The translations under genes were made by a program, and so were the position numbers. 53,151 bases of DNA from an uncultured Candidatus Saccharibacteria bacterium (GTDB taxonomy: Bacteria; Patescibacteriota; Minisyncoccia; Phycocordibacterales; PALSA-1337), in contig CAZBVQ010000004.1 in the NCBI GenBank assembly GCA_964495685.1, forward strand, positions 1 through 53,151, read 5' to 3'. Under the pieces are notes generated by a model, which was given only the letters and a program-made list of their open reading frames with translations, was not told the DNA's origin and searched no databases. Position 1 is the stretch's first letter. Each line of letters starts with the position of its first letter. Below, piece by piece: positions 37,012 through 46,599 of the stretch.

Positions 37012-38289
37012 CTACTTCGGCAACAAAGCCCCTTTGTTATACACACTCGCCGCATTCCAGAGCATCCAGCTTGAAAGGCCCACATCATATGTCGCTTGAA
37101 TTTGTTTGCGCACCATCTCGGGTGTGTAGATACCACCCAGGTCGAATGCTTGCAGCCAAGGCCTCAACTTGTTCTTGTCATACATCTGTTTGGTATAGAG
37201 CTGAGGCGTCGTCGAAGCAATCGCTGATTCCCCTACCAACACCGACGTGGTCGTCGTTGATACCGCTTTGCGTATAGCACTCGACATCGAGCTCTTGATG
37301 ATCTCATAGGGATATTTGGCCGGCTTGGCATACCCATCATATCCTGGACCGAAATGCGAGGGATATACCATGGGTGCCACGTAATCGAATGAGGCCAAAC
37401 CATATTCAAGTATCTGACCGATACCGAGATCACCTTCAGCACTCGTGGTCAGACCGAAGAGATCTGCTGAGGTCGGGATCCCCGAATCTACAAATTCATG
37501 ATGCATGTATGCATAAAAATCCTTGATGATCTCGGTGCGTGTCCGTCCATTGGCCCACGTGTAGGAAATATCCTCAAGGTTTCCGTCTGACGGGAAACGA
37601 ATGTAATCGAAGTTGAGTTCGTCGAATCCATATGCGTACGCCTGTCGACCGATTCGTGCAACATATTCCCAGACTGGTTTGGCACCAGCATCAAGCCATT
37701 TGACCCCCTTGTAATCTTGCCAGACTGCACCTTCTTTTGTTTTGACAGCCCATTCAGGGTGAACGTTGATCAGATATGAATCTTGGAATACAGATATGCG
37801 TGCAATGACATACATGCCCTTGCTATGAAGCTTCTCGATGAGTTCCTTGATATCAGGAATGCGATTCTCAGAAGCGCCGGATGCCACAAGATCAGGGTCA
37901 TCCACAGCGAAGCTGATACGTCCAGTGTAATCTTTGACATCAATCACGACCGCATTGATCTCTGTGTGATCAGCAAGATCATACAGATGTTCGCGGAATT
38001 TGGAGCTTCCCGCAGCCCAGCTCGACATATACACGCCCTTGAGCGGCTCCGGTGTAGGTAGATGTGTCGCCTTCCATACAGGTGTCGATGAAGCGATCAT
38101 ATCCGTGCTGGTGGCCATAGCGGTCGCCGCTGTCGAAACAGTTGAATCTGAACCGAGAACTGAATACGAGATTGTCCCCATCGGCAACAACCAGACGATG
38201 AGCGCAACAACCACAATGATACAGAACGCTCCAGCGATTATCGTCGCAGGGCGAGTAACGCCTTGCAGATCACGCCAGAGCTCCCTCAT
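37012..38289 (-). CDS. Putative glycoside hydrolase (DUF4015-like) with N-terminal membrane anchor
   Basis: KGVYMSSW, NAVVIDVKD..G, IARISVFQD, GFDELNFDYIRFP, PMVYPSHF and LRPWLQAF. Confidence 0.8.
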   Translation of the reverse strand: MRELWRDLQGVTRPATIIAGAFCIIVVVALIVWLLPMGTISYSVLGSDSTVSTAATAMATSTDMIASSTPVWKATHLPTPEPLKGVYMSSWAAGSSKFREHLYDLADHTEINAVVIDVKDYTGRISFAVDDPDLVASGASENRIPDIKELIEKLHSKGMYVIARISVFQDSYLINVHPEWAVKTKEGAVWQDYKGVKWLDAGAKPVWEYVARIGRQAYAYGFDELNFDYIRFPSDGNLEDISYTWANGRTRTEIIKDFYAYMHHEFVDSGIPTSADLFGLTTSAEGDLGIGQILEYGLASFDYVAPMVYPSHFGPGYDGYAKPAKYPYEIIKSSMSSAIRKAVSTTTTSVLVGESAIASTTPQLYTKQMYDKNKLRPWLQAFDLGGIYTPEMVRKQIQATYDVGLSSWMLWNAASVYNKGALLPK

Positions 38290-38582
38290 GAGACAGTCGA
38301 GTCAGTGCTGGTAATGGGGTGTTCGATCGGAGTATCAACCGTCATAGAATCTCGTGGTATATCAGACGGTTTGGTGGACTGTCTAGGAGAAGCTCGATGC
38401 TCCATATAGGGAACACGATCAGGAGAGACCGTCTTCATAGGTGGCTTGAATGACGTGGCAATCAACACAATCACCAATCCGACACCAAGTGACAATAATT
38501 TGTCCCACACAGAAGGTAGGCCCAAGAAAAGGAATACCATCACCCACACACCGAGTATCATGAGTACTTGTCGTTTTGACAT
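38286..38582 (-). CDS. Small membrane protein (two TM helices)
   Basis: Start re-called at MSKRQVL (38582), 6 nt after TATACT. Hydrophobic hairpin; ATGA overlap with the downstream gene. Confidence 0.65.
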   Translation of the reverse strand: MSKRQVLMILGVWVMVFLFLGLPSVWDKLLSLGVGLVIVLIATSFKPPMKTVSPDRVPYMEHRASPRQSTKPSDIPRDSMTVDTPIEHPITSTDSTVS

Positions 38583-38637
38583 GTGGCTAGTATAGCGCAA
38601 AGTGGTATGATAGCGCTAGAGAAACGAAAGGAACTGT

Positions 38638-39063
38638 ATGGCAACACAAAATACCCATGTGAAGCCGTACACATATGCACGGATTCACATCAGGCGGGAC
38701 GCTGACGCCAATGCCCCCTTCAGAGACTTGCTTGCCCAACTTGATACAAGACCCCTCGAAGGTCCCTACAAAGATGGTGATCACTTCTTTGGACGCCTCA
38801 TCGATTACGCCATCGGTAGCGACGACAGCGTCAGGGTGGTTATCAGTCCGATGTGGCGCGTCCAATCGAATGACTACGCCAATAAATGGCATTTGACTGG
38901 TTGGAAAATGGCCCATTGGGAAAGCACCTTCGAGAACTGTAAGCGACTCGGTGCACCAGATAGGTCACGTGCTCGATTCATGGTACCAGGAGGACTGCTC
39001 CTGATGCTCTCTCGTAGCAAACATGACCGAGAGCTCATTGAACACGTTGTAACGAACGGCTAA
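38638..39063 (+). CDS. Hypothetical protein (141 aa)
   Basis: Fills an otherwise empty gap. TGGTATGAT upstream, AAGGA RBS, terminator immediately downstream. Confidence 0.6.
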   Translation: MATQNTHVKPYTYARIHIRRDADANAPFRDLLAQLDTRPLEGPYKDGDHFFGRLIDYAIGSDDSVRVVISPMWRVQSNDYANKWHLTGWKMAHWESTFENCKRLGAPDRSRARFMVPGGLLLMLSRSKHDRELIEHVVTNG

Positions 39064-39065
39064 CG

Positions 39066-39097
39066 ACTGCGCCTCTGCCTTGCATGCGCAGTTTTTT
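39066..39097 (+). terminator. Intrinsic terminator
   Basis: Stem ACTGCGC/GCGCAGT followed by a T run. Confidence 0.6.
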
Positions 39098-39113
39098 ATC
39101 TCATGCAGTGGCT

Positions 39114-39827
39114 TCACTTCGCCACAATCACCACAAACTCCCCTTTGATCGTATCCGGATGTTCTTCGAAATGATTCTTCACTTCCTTGGCAGTCCCCTG
39201 CACTACTTCTTCGAACATTTTGGTCAGCTCACGACACACCGTGACCTTCTGTGGCGCTCGCCTGTCAGACACGTGACCGAGATGTTCTTCGAGACTCTCG
39301 AGTGTTTTCATAATACGATGCGGTGACTCATAAAAAACCATTGTACGTTCTGACGCTGCTATTTCCTTGAACAAGGTCTCACGCCCTTTCTTGTGTGGCA
39401 GAAATCCCAAGAATGTAAACTCGGCACAGGGTACGCCAGCGATAGACAAAGCGGCAGTGAGTGCCGAAGGACCAGGGATAGCTTCGATGCGTACATCTTT
39501 GGCACGAATTTCATTGGCGAGCTCTTCACGCACGCGGCGTACCAATTCGGCGCCAGGATCTGATATACCCGGTGTACCCGCATCAGAGACGAGTGCCACA
39601 TTCTTGCCTTCGCGGAGCATGGCGATGATCTCTTCGACACGAGCGACTGTGCTATGTGTGTGATATGAGAGTGTCTGTTTCTTGATAGCGTGACGATCGA
39701 GCAATTTCTTGGTCACACGTGTGTCTTCACACAAAATAACGTCAGCAGCTCTGAGAGTATCCAAAGCGCGCAAGGTGATGTCTTCGAGGTTGCCGATCGG
39801 TGTAGCAATAATAGAGAGAGTAGACAT
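39114..39827 (-). CDS. rsmI: 16S rRNA (cytidine1402-2'-O)-methyltransferase RsmI
   Basis: Start re-called at MSTLSIIATPIGNLEDIT (39827). Motifs CEDTR, VSDAGTPGISDPG, IPGPSA, FYESPHR, VCRELTK.FEE and KGEFV. Confidence 0.95.
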   Translation of the reverse strand: MSTLSIIATPIGNLEDITLRALDTLRAADVILCEDTRVTKKLLDRHAIKKQTLSYHTHSTVARVEEIIAMLREGKNVALVSDAGTPGISDPGAELVRRVREELANEIRAKDVRIEAIPGPSALTAALSIAGVPCAEFTFLGFLPHKKGRETLFKEIAASERTMVFYESPHRIMKTLESLEEHLGHVSDRRAPQKVTVCRELTKMFEEVVQGTAKEVKNHFEEHPDTIKGEFVVIVAK

Positions 39828-39930
39828 AACTGCAGTGTATAGATATGCACGAAAAATGCAAGAAATTGCAAAACATACAACCAGGTAGGTCAATTAGAAC
39901 TGTTCCCCATTTTCTGCTACATTTGAGTAC

Positions 39931-41154
39931 ATGAAACCTTCTCACCCCATCACATACATTACCCGCGATATCGAACGAGCCATCGGCACGGAGCCTAGTG
40001 ATAATTACTTCATCATCGCCAATAAGACACCTTATGCAGAGGGCATCGCCGCCACTCATCCAGACAACGTCCTACTCATCGAAAGCCCTACCATTCTCGG
40101 TACCCGTGAGCTCATAGAACATGCCACCACCAAGGCGTGGCTTGCCTCGACCTTTGCCCCTTCAGCTTTACCCTTTACCCTTGTGTTCAAAAACACCGCT
40201 CGTGTCGAAGAAGCCGCTACCAAACACGGCCTCAAACTGATCAATCCCAGTGCTGCACTCTCAGAGACCATCGAGAACAAAATGTCTCAGATCGAGTGGC
40301 TCGGCGATATGGGCAAGAAATATTTGCCGCGCCATAGTGTCATGATCGCCAAGAAGCTCACCTGGACCGGCGAACCATTCATCGTGCAATGGGCACACGG
40401 ACACACCGGTGGCGGCACACTCCTTATTTCGAACGAGACAGAGCTCCGTACCATTCAAGAGAAATTCCCCTTCCGCATGACTCGTCGTAGTGCTTATATC
40501 AAGGGCCCCTCATTCACCGTGAATGCCGTGGTCGCCGCAGACAAAATCCTTGTCGGCAATATCAGTTACCAGATCACTGGCCTCCGACCGTTCACCGACA
40601 ACCCATTCAGCACTGTCGGTAATGACTGGAGTGCGACTCACACCATGTTGACCGAGTCGGAGATCGAATACATCGAGACTATGGCCAGTGACATCGGCAA
40701 GAAGCTCAATATCAGTGGATGGCGCGGACTCTATGGCATCGATGTGATCAAGGACGTCGAGCACAACACTATATATCTGATCGAGATCAATGCACGCCAA
40801 CCTGCATCGACCAGTTTCGAATCGTCACTACAGCGCCGCAACAGAGATCAGGGCGCCGACGGCATCACCACCTTCGAGGCACATCTCTCGGCCCTTCTCG
40901 GAGAAAGTATCAGTAAACCTCTCATTCCTATCAATGACGGTGCACAAATCGTCCAGCGTGTGACCAAAGCGACAACCACCGTTGGTGACGATAAGATCAC
41001 CGCACTTCATGCGGCCGGCTATCAAACAGCGACCTATCCCAACACTGACTTGAACGAAGATCTCGTGCGTATTCAGAGTACACGAGGTATTATTGATGCA
41101 CGTGGTGAGCTCAATGAGCGTGGGCAAGATATTCTGAGCAGCATCACTAGATAA
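39931..41154 (+). CDS. ATP-grasp fold ligase of unknown specificity
   Basis: IENK, PFIVQ...GHTGGGT and GLYGIDVI...LIEINARQPAS. Confidence 0.8.
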   Translation: MKPSHPITYITRDIERAIGTEPSDNYFIIANKTPYAEGIAATHPDNVLLIESPTILGTRELIEHATTKAWLASTFAPSALPFTLVFKNTARVEEAATKHGLKLINPSAALSETIENKMSQIEWLGDMGKKYLPRHSVMIAKKLTWTGEPFIVQWAHGHTGGGTLLISNETELRTIQEKFPFRMTRRSAYIKGPSFTVNAVVAADKILVGNISYQITGLRPFTDNPFSTVGNDWSATHTMLTESEIEYIETMASDIGKKLNISGWRGLYGIDVIKDVEHNTIYLIEINARQPASTSFESSLQRRNRDQGADGITTFEAHLSALLGESISKPLIPINDGAQIVQRVTKATTTVGDDKITALHAAGYQTATYPNTDLNEDLVRIQSTRGIIDARGELNERGQDILSSITR

Positions 41155-41289
41155 AGTATCACCCTCCTCAGGCACCACTCTGCCTTGGACCTTGACCCAA
41201 GACATTCTCGATGCATGGATACTGGATTCGGTGGCATGCAACAGTCGTCACATACGTATTCACCTACTACCAAAATTATTTTAGCACAG

Positions 41290-41316
41290 AAAACGGCCCG
41301 CACATGGTGCGGGCCG
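41290..41316 (-). terminator. Intrinsic terminator
   Basis: Perfect 10-bp stem CGGCCCGCAC/GTGCGGGCCG with a 3-nt loop, then T4 on the minus strand. Confidence 0.75.
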
Positions 41317-41355
41317 AAAGGGCAAAGTGTTAAGGTTTTGAGAGACCTAAGCCAC

Positions 41356-42075
41356 CTAGCCTTGAGAGATGAAGCCTTGCGGGACGAGGAACGCGAACCC
41401 ACCCCCACGACTCCACCCGTCGTCGGGGTCGCCGTGGTACGCGTCGAGGTACGGCCCGCCATCGCCGGCACCGGCCGCGAGGAGCTCCGAAGCGCCGTCA
41501 ACCACGATGGGTTTGTGCATAACCACAATCCACAACAAACCCATCTGCTTGATTTCGTCGTCAGTGAACTTTTCACGAATGAGACAGGCGACTTCGGCAT
41601 TGATCTTTTTGCCGTGTTTCAGCTTCCGACGATCACCCTCGGCACGAATCTTCTTGGTGATGCGATCATTGTCCGCAAACAAGCTACCAGGTAAGACCGC
41701 GATCTTAGACGTAACTCCAGTCGTCGGTCTGAAGCTTTTGGGGTTGAGGGCTTTTTCCGCCCAGTCTCCAACTTTCTTCCCTTGTTTGGCCAGACGCAGC
41801 TTCCAATCCGGACCGGCACAACCATCGGAAGTCACCGAGAAATAGATGACCCCATCCTTGCCAACTTTCCATTTTGGTTCAATAGTGTCTGATTTGACAC
41901 GGCCCTCGCAGACCGCTCGGAATGTGTCCGGAGGCGGAAGCGTGCCAGCCTTGGCTCCAGCGGCAAGCGCTGGGAGGTACAGGTGAAACTGATTTGTCTG
42001 TTCGAGGTCGAGCCCTTGATCCTCAAGAAGTTTCAGGGTATGCATGCCCTGGGCTCGTGTTGCGTTGCTGCTCAT
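41356..42075 (-). CDS. Hypothetical protein (239 aa)
   Basis: Start re-called at MSSNATRAQ (42075) after AGGA. Globular composition, bracketed by a promoter and a terminator. Confidence 0.65.
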   Translation of the reverse strand: MSSNATRAQGMHTLKLLEDQGLDLEQTNQFHLYLPALAAGAKAGTLPPPDTFRAVCEGRVKSDTIEPKWKVGKDGVIYFSVTSDGCAGPDWKLRLAKQGKKVGDWAEKALNPKSFRPTTGVTSKIAVLPGSLFADNDRITKKIRAEGDRRKLKHGKKINAEVACLIREKFTDDEIKQMGLLWIVVMHKPIVVDGASELLAAGAGDGGPYLDAYHGDPDDGWSRGGGFAFLVPQGFISQG

Positions 42076-42266
42076 AGGTTTCCTATGTGGCACTATCTCC
42101 TGCGATAGTATTTTTTGGTGAGGATAGGCTAAACACAACATCTGTGTCGCCATAGCTTGGAAGTGCCTATTTGATTTCATTTCGAGAAATATAAGCATCT
42201 CAAAGCTATGGCGAACTATAAAGATTTTCAAGGATTCTAGAAAAAATTTTATCTCTTTCTTTATAT

Positions 42267-42295
42267 GTCATACACTTAAAAACGATATCTGTCAA
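42267..42295 (-). promoter_or_regulatory. Sigma70-like promoter TTGACA-N17-TATGAC
   Basis: Consensus TTGACA at 42295-42290 with exactly 17 nt to TATGAC (42272-42267). Confidence 0.55.
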
Positions 42296-42367
42296 CCCTC
42301 TCCAAAACTATTATTTTGCGGTACATTTATGGGACAACACTGAAACACAATCCCCAATAAACTACCA

Positions 42368-43144
42368 ATGAACACCAAAACTCTTTCCACCCGAGCACTT
42401 TCGGTCATAGATCAGTATCGCCAGTTCACTGTCGGGTCAGCGACGTGTTCGGTGCCCTATTTCAATAACAAGACCAAACGATCTCGCGGCGCTCTCCGTG
42501 TATATGTCGGCAAAGGTAGTCCAAAAGAGCTTTTTGAGGAAATCCAGTCCGTACTCGTCAAAGCCCACATAGATACATCTACCATCTCGAACGAAACGAT
42601 CAAAAAGTTACTCACTGATGAAAATATCGGCATCGATTGTTCGGGTTTTGCATACTATGTACTCAATAGCCAGAACGAAGAAATCGGCAAAGGTAAAATA
42701 GACAAACATCTTTCATTTATCAATTGTCATGGCCTAATCGGCAAAATGCGCTGCGCACTTCGACCCATCGAAAACTGTGACGTCGCCACGTTCGCACATG
42801 ATTCAAACAGTCGACTCGTCACTCTCAAAGACGTCACCCCTGGAGACATGATCACCATGTTGAACGACTCCCAAGAAAATGAACGTGACCACATTCTAGT
42901 CATCCACCAAGTCGAGTACCAGAATTTCATTCCCTACCAAATTCACTACTCTCACGCCGTCGCATACCCCGAGGATGGTATCTACGGCACCGGCATCAAA
43001 CAAGGCACCATAGAGATCCTCGACCTCAACAAACCGCTCACCGATCAGCTCTGGACCGAGAATGGCAAGACCGCCGAAGCAAACCGCATCTTCACGCGCG
43101 CCCAAAAATCAAAAACCGAAATCCGCCGTCTCAAGTGGTGGTAA
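42368..43144 (+). CDS. NlpC/P60-like (papain-fold) cysteine amidase
   Basis: GIDCSGF catalytic-Cys motif, PGD and DHILVI (His). Confidence 0.7.
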   Translation: MNTKTLSTRALSVIDQYRQFTVGSATCSVPYFNNKTKRSRGALRVYVGKGSPKELFEEIQSVLVKAHIDTSTISNETIKKLLTDENIGIDCSGFAYYVLNSQNEEIGKGKIDKHLSFINCHGLIGKMRCALRPIENCDVATFAHDSNSRLVTLKDVTPGDMITMLNDSQENERDHILVIHQVEYQNFIPYQIHYSHAVAYPEDGIYGTGIKQGTIEILDLNKPLTDQLWTENGKTAEANRIFTRAQKSKTEIRRLKWW

Positions 43145-43145
43145 A

Positions 43146-43311
43146 TGCACCAGAACAACAGTGTGCACAAGGAAGACGAGGACTGTCTGAGTCGCCGAAC
43201 TTGGCTAGGCCTTTTGGCACGGTCAGATTTTTGCCCCGTGTGACAAAAGGCCTTGCAAGTTCGTGCGGCGAGTTCCGCAGTCTTCCTTGTGCACACTGTT
43301 GTTCTGGTGCA
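43146..43311. repeat. Hairpin element copy 1: 102-nt conserved core inside a perfect 32-bp inverted repeat
   Basis: Arms 43146-43177 and 43280-43311 are exact reverse complements. Core 43178-43279 matches 47776-47877 at 99/102. Confidence 0.95.
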
Positions 43312-43355
43312 CCAAACCCTTGTCGTAGGCCCTATTTTCGTGATATTGTGTCATA

Positions 43356-44486
43356 ATGATAACTATCCTTGAGGGCACCGCCGATCTCTCATATATCATC
43401 TCATTCGCCCTGATTGGCGCTATTGGTGCATACCTATTGGCACCCCTCCTCATTCGTACCCTTTTCAAGCTCAATGTCATCAAAGGTGCAAAGACAGAGC
43501 TCGTCAACCTCGGCTCTCACGCCTACAAGGCCACTACTCCCGTCATGGGCGGACTCCTCGTCATCATCGTCGTCGCACTCGTCACCTATATATTCAACTG
43601 GAATCGCTCATTCACCTATGTCCCTATCGGTGTCATGATCATATCTGCCGCCCTCGGTGCCATCGACGACCTGCTCAATATTTATGGCTCAGAACGTCGC
43701 TCCCGCAAACTCGGTCACATCATGAATTTGATCCGTGTTCACAGCGACTGGAAGATGCGCCTGTGGTACATCATCACCTTGCCCTGGAGTGCCTTCAAGC
43801 GTCTCTCGGTCTGGTTCGGATCACGCACTAGTCGCGGCGTCTTCGTTCACGAGAAACTCATCCTCCAATTCATCGCCGGCGCCATCGCTGCCTGGTGGAT
43901 TTACACCAAGCTAGGACCTGCCTGGCACTTCATTTATTTCCCCTTCGTACCTGCTGGCCTCGATATAGGATGGATCATTATTCCGGTGATTATTTTCATG
44001 GTCATGTTCACCGCCAACGCCGTCAATATCGCCGACGGCATGGATGGTCTGGCTGGCGGCATGCTCACCATCACTTTCACTGCACTCACCATCCTCTCAT
44101 GGATCAACGGATTCGGTGAGATCGCCATCCTGAATGCTACGACCGCTGGCGCACTGGTCGCCTATACCTATTTCAATATCAAACCAGCTCGCTTCATGAT
44201 GGGCGATGTCGGCAGTCTCGGTCTCGGTGCCTTGCTAGCCGTGAATGCTATGGCTATCGGCGAACTCATTCCTCTTCTTTTCATCGGCTTCATGTTCTAC
44301 GTCGAAGCTCTTTCAGTCATCATCCAGGTCGTATCGCGATACACCCTCGGTCGCAAACTATTCCGCATGGCACCACTGCATCACCATTTCGAACTCAAGG
44401 GCTGGACCGAGGAGAAGACCGTGATGCGTTTCTGGGTCGTCCATTTCTTGTTCGTCATATTTGGATTCTGGCTAGCGTTGCACTAG
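43356..44486 (+). CDS. mraY: Phospho-N-acetylmuramoyl-pentapeptide transferase (MraY family) with loop insertion
   Basis: TPVMGG, GAIDD, ANAVNIADGMDGL, PARFMMGDVGS and FRMAPLHHHFELKGW. Confidence 0.88.
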   Translation: MITILEGTADLSYIISFALIGAIGAYLLAPLLIRTLFKLNVIKGAKTELVNLGSHAYKATTPVMGGLLVIIVVALVTYIFNWNRSFTYVPIGVMIISAALGAIDDLLNIYGSERRSRKLGHIMNLIRVHSDWKMRLWYIITLPWSAFKRLSVWFGSRTSRGVFVHEKLILQFIAGAIAAWWIYTKLGPAWHFIYFPFVPAGLDIGWIIIPVIIFMVMFTANAVNIADGMDGLAGGMLTITFTALTILSWINGFGEIAILNATTAGALVAYTYFNIKPARFMMGDVGSLGLGALLAVNAMAIGELIPLLFIGFMFYVEALSVIIQVVSRYTLGRKLFRMAPLHHHFELKGWTEEKTVMRFWVVHFLFVIFGFWLALH

Positions 44487-44490
44487 CATC

Positions 44491-45153
44491 ATGCCTTATC
44501 TTTCCTGGAACGAACAAACGATCACTGATTTCTCGGACAAGCACATCTCCGAAATGTATGGTCATGGCTACGTCTTCACCCGTATCGCCCGAGGGGTGAT
44601 GCACCAAACACGTTCCGTGCGCATTGACCTATCGAAGTTCGAGCTCACCAGCGAGAATCGTCGCATTCTCAAGAAGACCGATGAGCTGAGACTCATCGAC
44701 CGACCGACACCCCTTCCAGACTATGACTGGTCACTCGGCAAGCTGGCCAAGGATTTCTATGAGACCAAATTCGGTGCCGGCACCATGAGCGCGGCCAAGG
44801 TCAAAGAGATGCTCACCGATGCTACGGCCAGCAACTTCAATACACTTCTGCAATATACCAACGCCTCCGACAAAGCTGTCGGCTACGCGATCTGCCATTC
44901 AAATAAATATATGCTGCATTATTCATACCCATTCTACGACCTTGATGCAGCACCCAAAGACGCAGGCCTCGGCATGATGATTCGCGCCATTGTCTTTGCG
45001 CGAGAATCTGGCATGAAACATATCTACCTCGGTTCACTCCAACGTCCTTCTGACACCTACAAATTACAATTCCATGGCCTCGAATGGTTCGACGGGACAG
45101 CATGGTCACATGATCTCCAGAAGGTCCGTGAAATTCTCGCGACAACCAAATAA
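44491..45153 (+). CDS. Arginyl-tRNA--protein transferase (ATE/Bpt)-like aminoacyl-tRNA-dependent transferase
   Basis: RI.L..F......RRILKK (ATE_N-like) and Y.FYD....LG...I..AR..G.K.IYLG.....YK..F (ATE_C-like). Confidence 0.7.
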   Translation: MPYLSWNEQTITDFSDKHISEMYGHGYVFTRIARGVMHQTRSVRIDLSKFELTSENRRILKKTDELRLIDRPTPLPDYDWSLGKLAKDFYETKFGAGTMSAAKVKEMLTDATASNFNTLLQYTNASDKAVGYAICHSNKYMLHYSYPFYDLDAAPKDAGLGMMIRAIVFARESGMKHIYLGSLQRPSDTYKLQFHGLEWFDGTAWSHDLQKVREILATTK

Positions 45154-45201
45154 CACAGGTGACTGATAGAAATCGAGGAGATTCTCCTGTATGATATCGG
45201 C

Positions 45202-46596
45202 ATGAATCAATTACCCCGACACGTTCACGTCATCGGCATCTGTGGCGTTGCTACCAGCGCTCTAGCTATTGCTTTCCACAAGAAGGGCGTCAAAGTCACA
45301 GGGAGTGATAAAGGCTTTTATCCACCTGTTTCAACCTATCTCAAGAACGCAGGGATACCCTATTATGCCGGCTGGCATCCTGAGAACATTACTGCGGGTG
45401 AAAAACCTGATTTCATTATGATTGGTGGTGTTGGTACCAGCCCTTCAAACCCAGAGTATCTTTACGCTCACGAAAATAACATCCCTGTCTATCCATATGC
45501 CGAGGTGTTGGAAAAATATTTTATTAAAAAAAATTCAGTAGTTGTCGCGGGTACCTGGGGAAAAACAACAACTTCTTCCCTGCTTTCATTCATTATGATC
45601 CGAGCGGGACTGAATCCAAGCTACTTTACCGGCGGACTTTCGTTGTCACATGATACTGGCGCACTCACCGACACAGATTGGAGCATCGTCGAAGGAGATG
45701 AGTACCAAGTCTCTATCAGCGATCGTAGACCGAAGTTCGTGTACTACGCCCCGACCCACTTACTACTGACCTCAGTCTCATGGGACCACGCCGACCTGTA
45801 TCCTACGGAGAAAGCATACATCGATGAATTCACCAAGCTCGTACAACATATCCCCTCAAACGGACGTGTTGTAGCATGTATTGATGACGGTGGTGTGCAG
45901 CACGTTATACAGAATAGAGCAGTAATCAGTTACGGACAGTCTGCATCTGCCGACTACCGATATGGATCAGTCGCCACAACAAAAAATGGTCTCGACCTGA
46001 CTATTACTCACGCAGGCAAGACATTCAAAATACACTCACCGATGCTAGGCAGATTCAACGCGGAAAATATTGCAGGCGCTTTTGCCATGGCCTGCGAGAT
46101 TGGCGTCACACCAGAGATTACTACACAAGCGATCGCTGATTTCAAAGGAATAAGACGACGTTTTGAAAAAAGACTCGATGGTGAAAAAACGGTACTTGAT
46201 TGTCATGCACCAACAGCAGAAAAGGCAGCCTCAGTTCTGGAGGCCATTCGTGAGGTCTATCCAAAACGAGTTATTGCGGTGTATGAACCAAATATCGGTG
46301 GCCGTCAGCGCGCCTCGGCTCATGCCTATAACAATGCCTTCAAGGACGCAGATATAGTCATCATTCCTCACCTCACAAAAATCAAAGTGGCAGAAGATGC
46401 CTCTGAGCAACCTATGGAAGCTGATGAATTGGCAAAGACAATCGCTCGGACACACAAATATGTCCGTTCGATTGAAATCGACCAAAACGTAGTCGAATTC
46501 CTATCATCAGAGACCCGCCCAGGCGACGTGATCGTCTTCCTCGGATCCCATGGATTCAGGGGTATGATCGAAGAGGCAGTCAAATCACTATCCTAA
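45202..46596 (+). CDS. Mur ligase of the Mpl/MurC type
   Basis: IGICG...GSD...YPP (Mpl-like N-terminus), AGTWGKTTT, EGDEY, WDHAD and FKGIRRRFE. Confidence 0.85.
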   Translation: MNQLPRHVHVIGICGVATSALAIAFHKKGVKVTGSDKGFYPPVSTYLKNAGIPYYAGWHPENITAGEKPDFIMIGGVGTSPSNPEYLYAHENNIPVYPYAEVLEKYFIKKNSVVVAGTWGKTTTSSLLSFIMIRAGLNPSYFTGGLSLSHDTGALTDTDWSIVEGDEYQVSISDRRPKFVYYAPTHLLLTSVSWDHADLYPTEKAYIDEFTKLVQHIPSNGRVVACIDDGGVQHVIQNRAVISYGQSASADYRYGSVATTKNGLDLTITHAGKTFKIHSPMLGRFNAENIAGAFAMACEIGVTPEITTQAIADFKGIRRRFEKRLDGEKTVLDCHAPTAEKAASVLEAIREVYPKRVIAVYEPNIGGRQRASAHAYNNAFKDADIVIIPHLTKIKVAEDASEQPMEADELAKTIARTHKYVRSIEIDQNVVEFLSSETRPGDVIVFLGSHGFRGMIEEAVKSLS

Positions 46597-46599
46597 CCT

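Noticed and set aside
41155-41290. Possible gene remnant or small ORF (CDDCC-containing frame) between the ATP-grasp gene and the terminator
   Set aside because: No convincing start, RBS or family resemblance.
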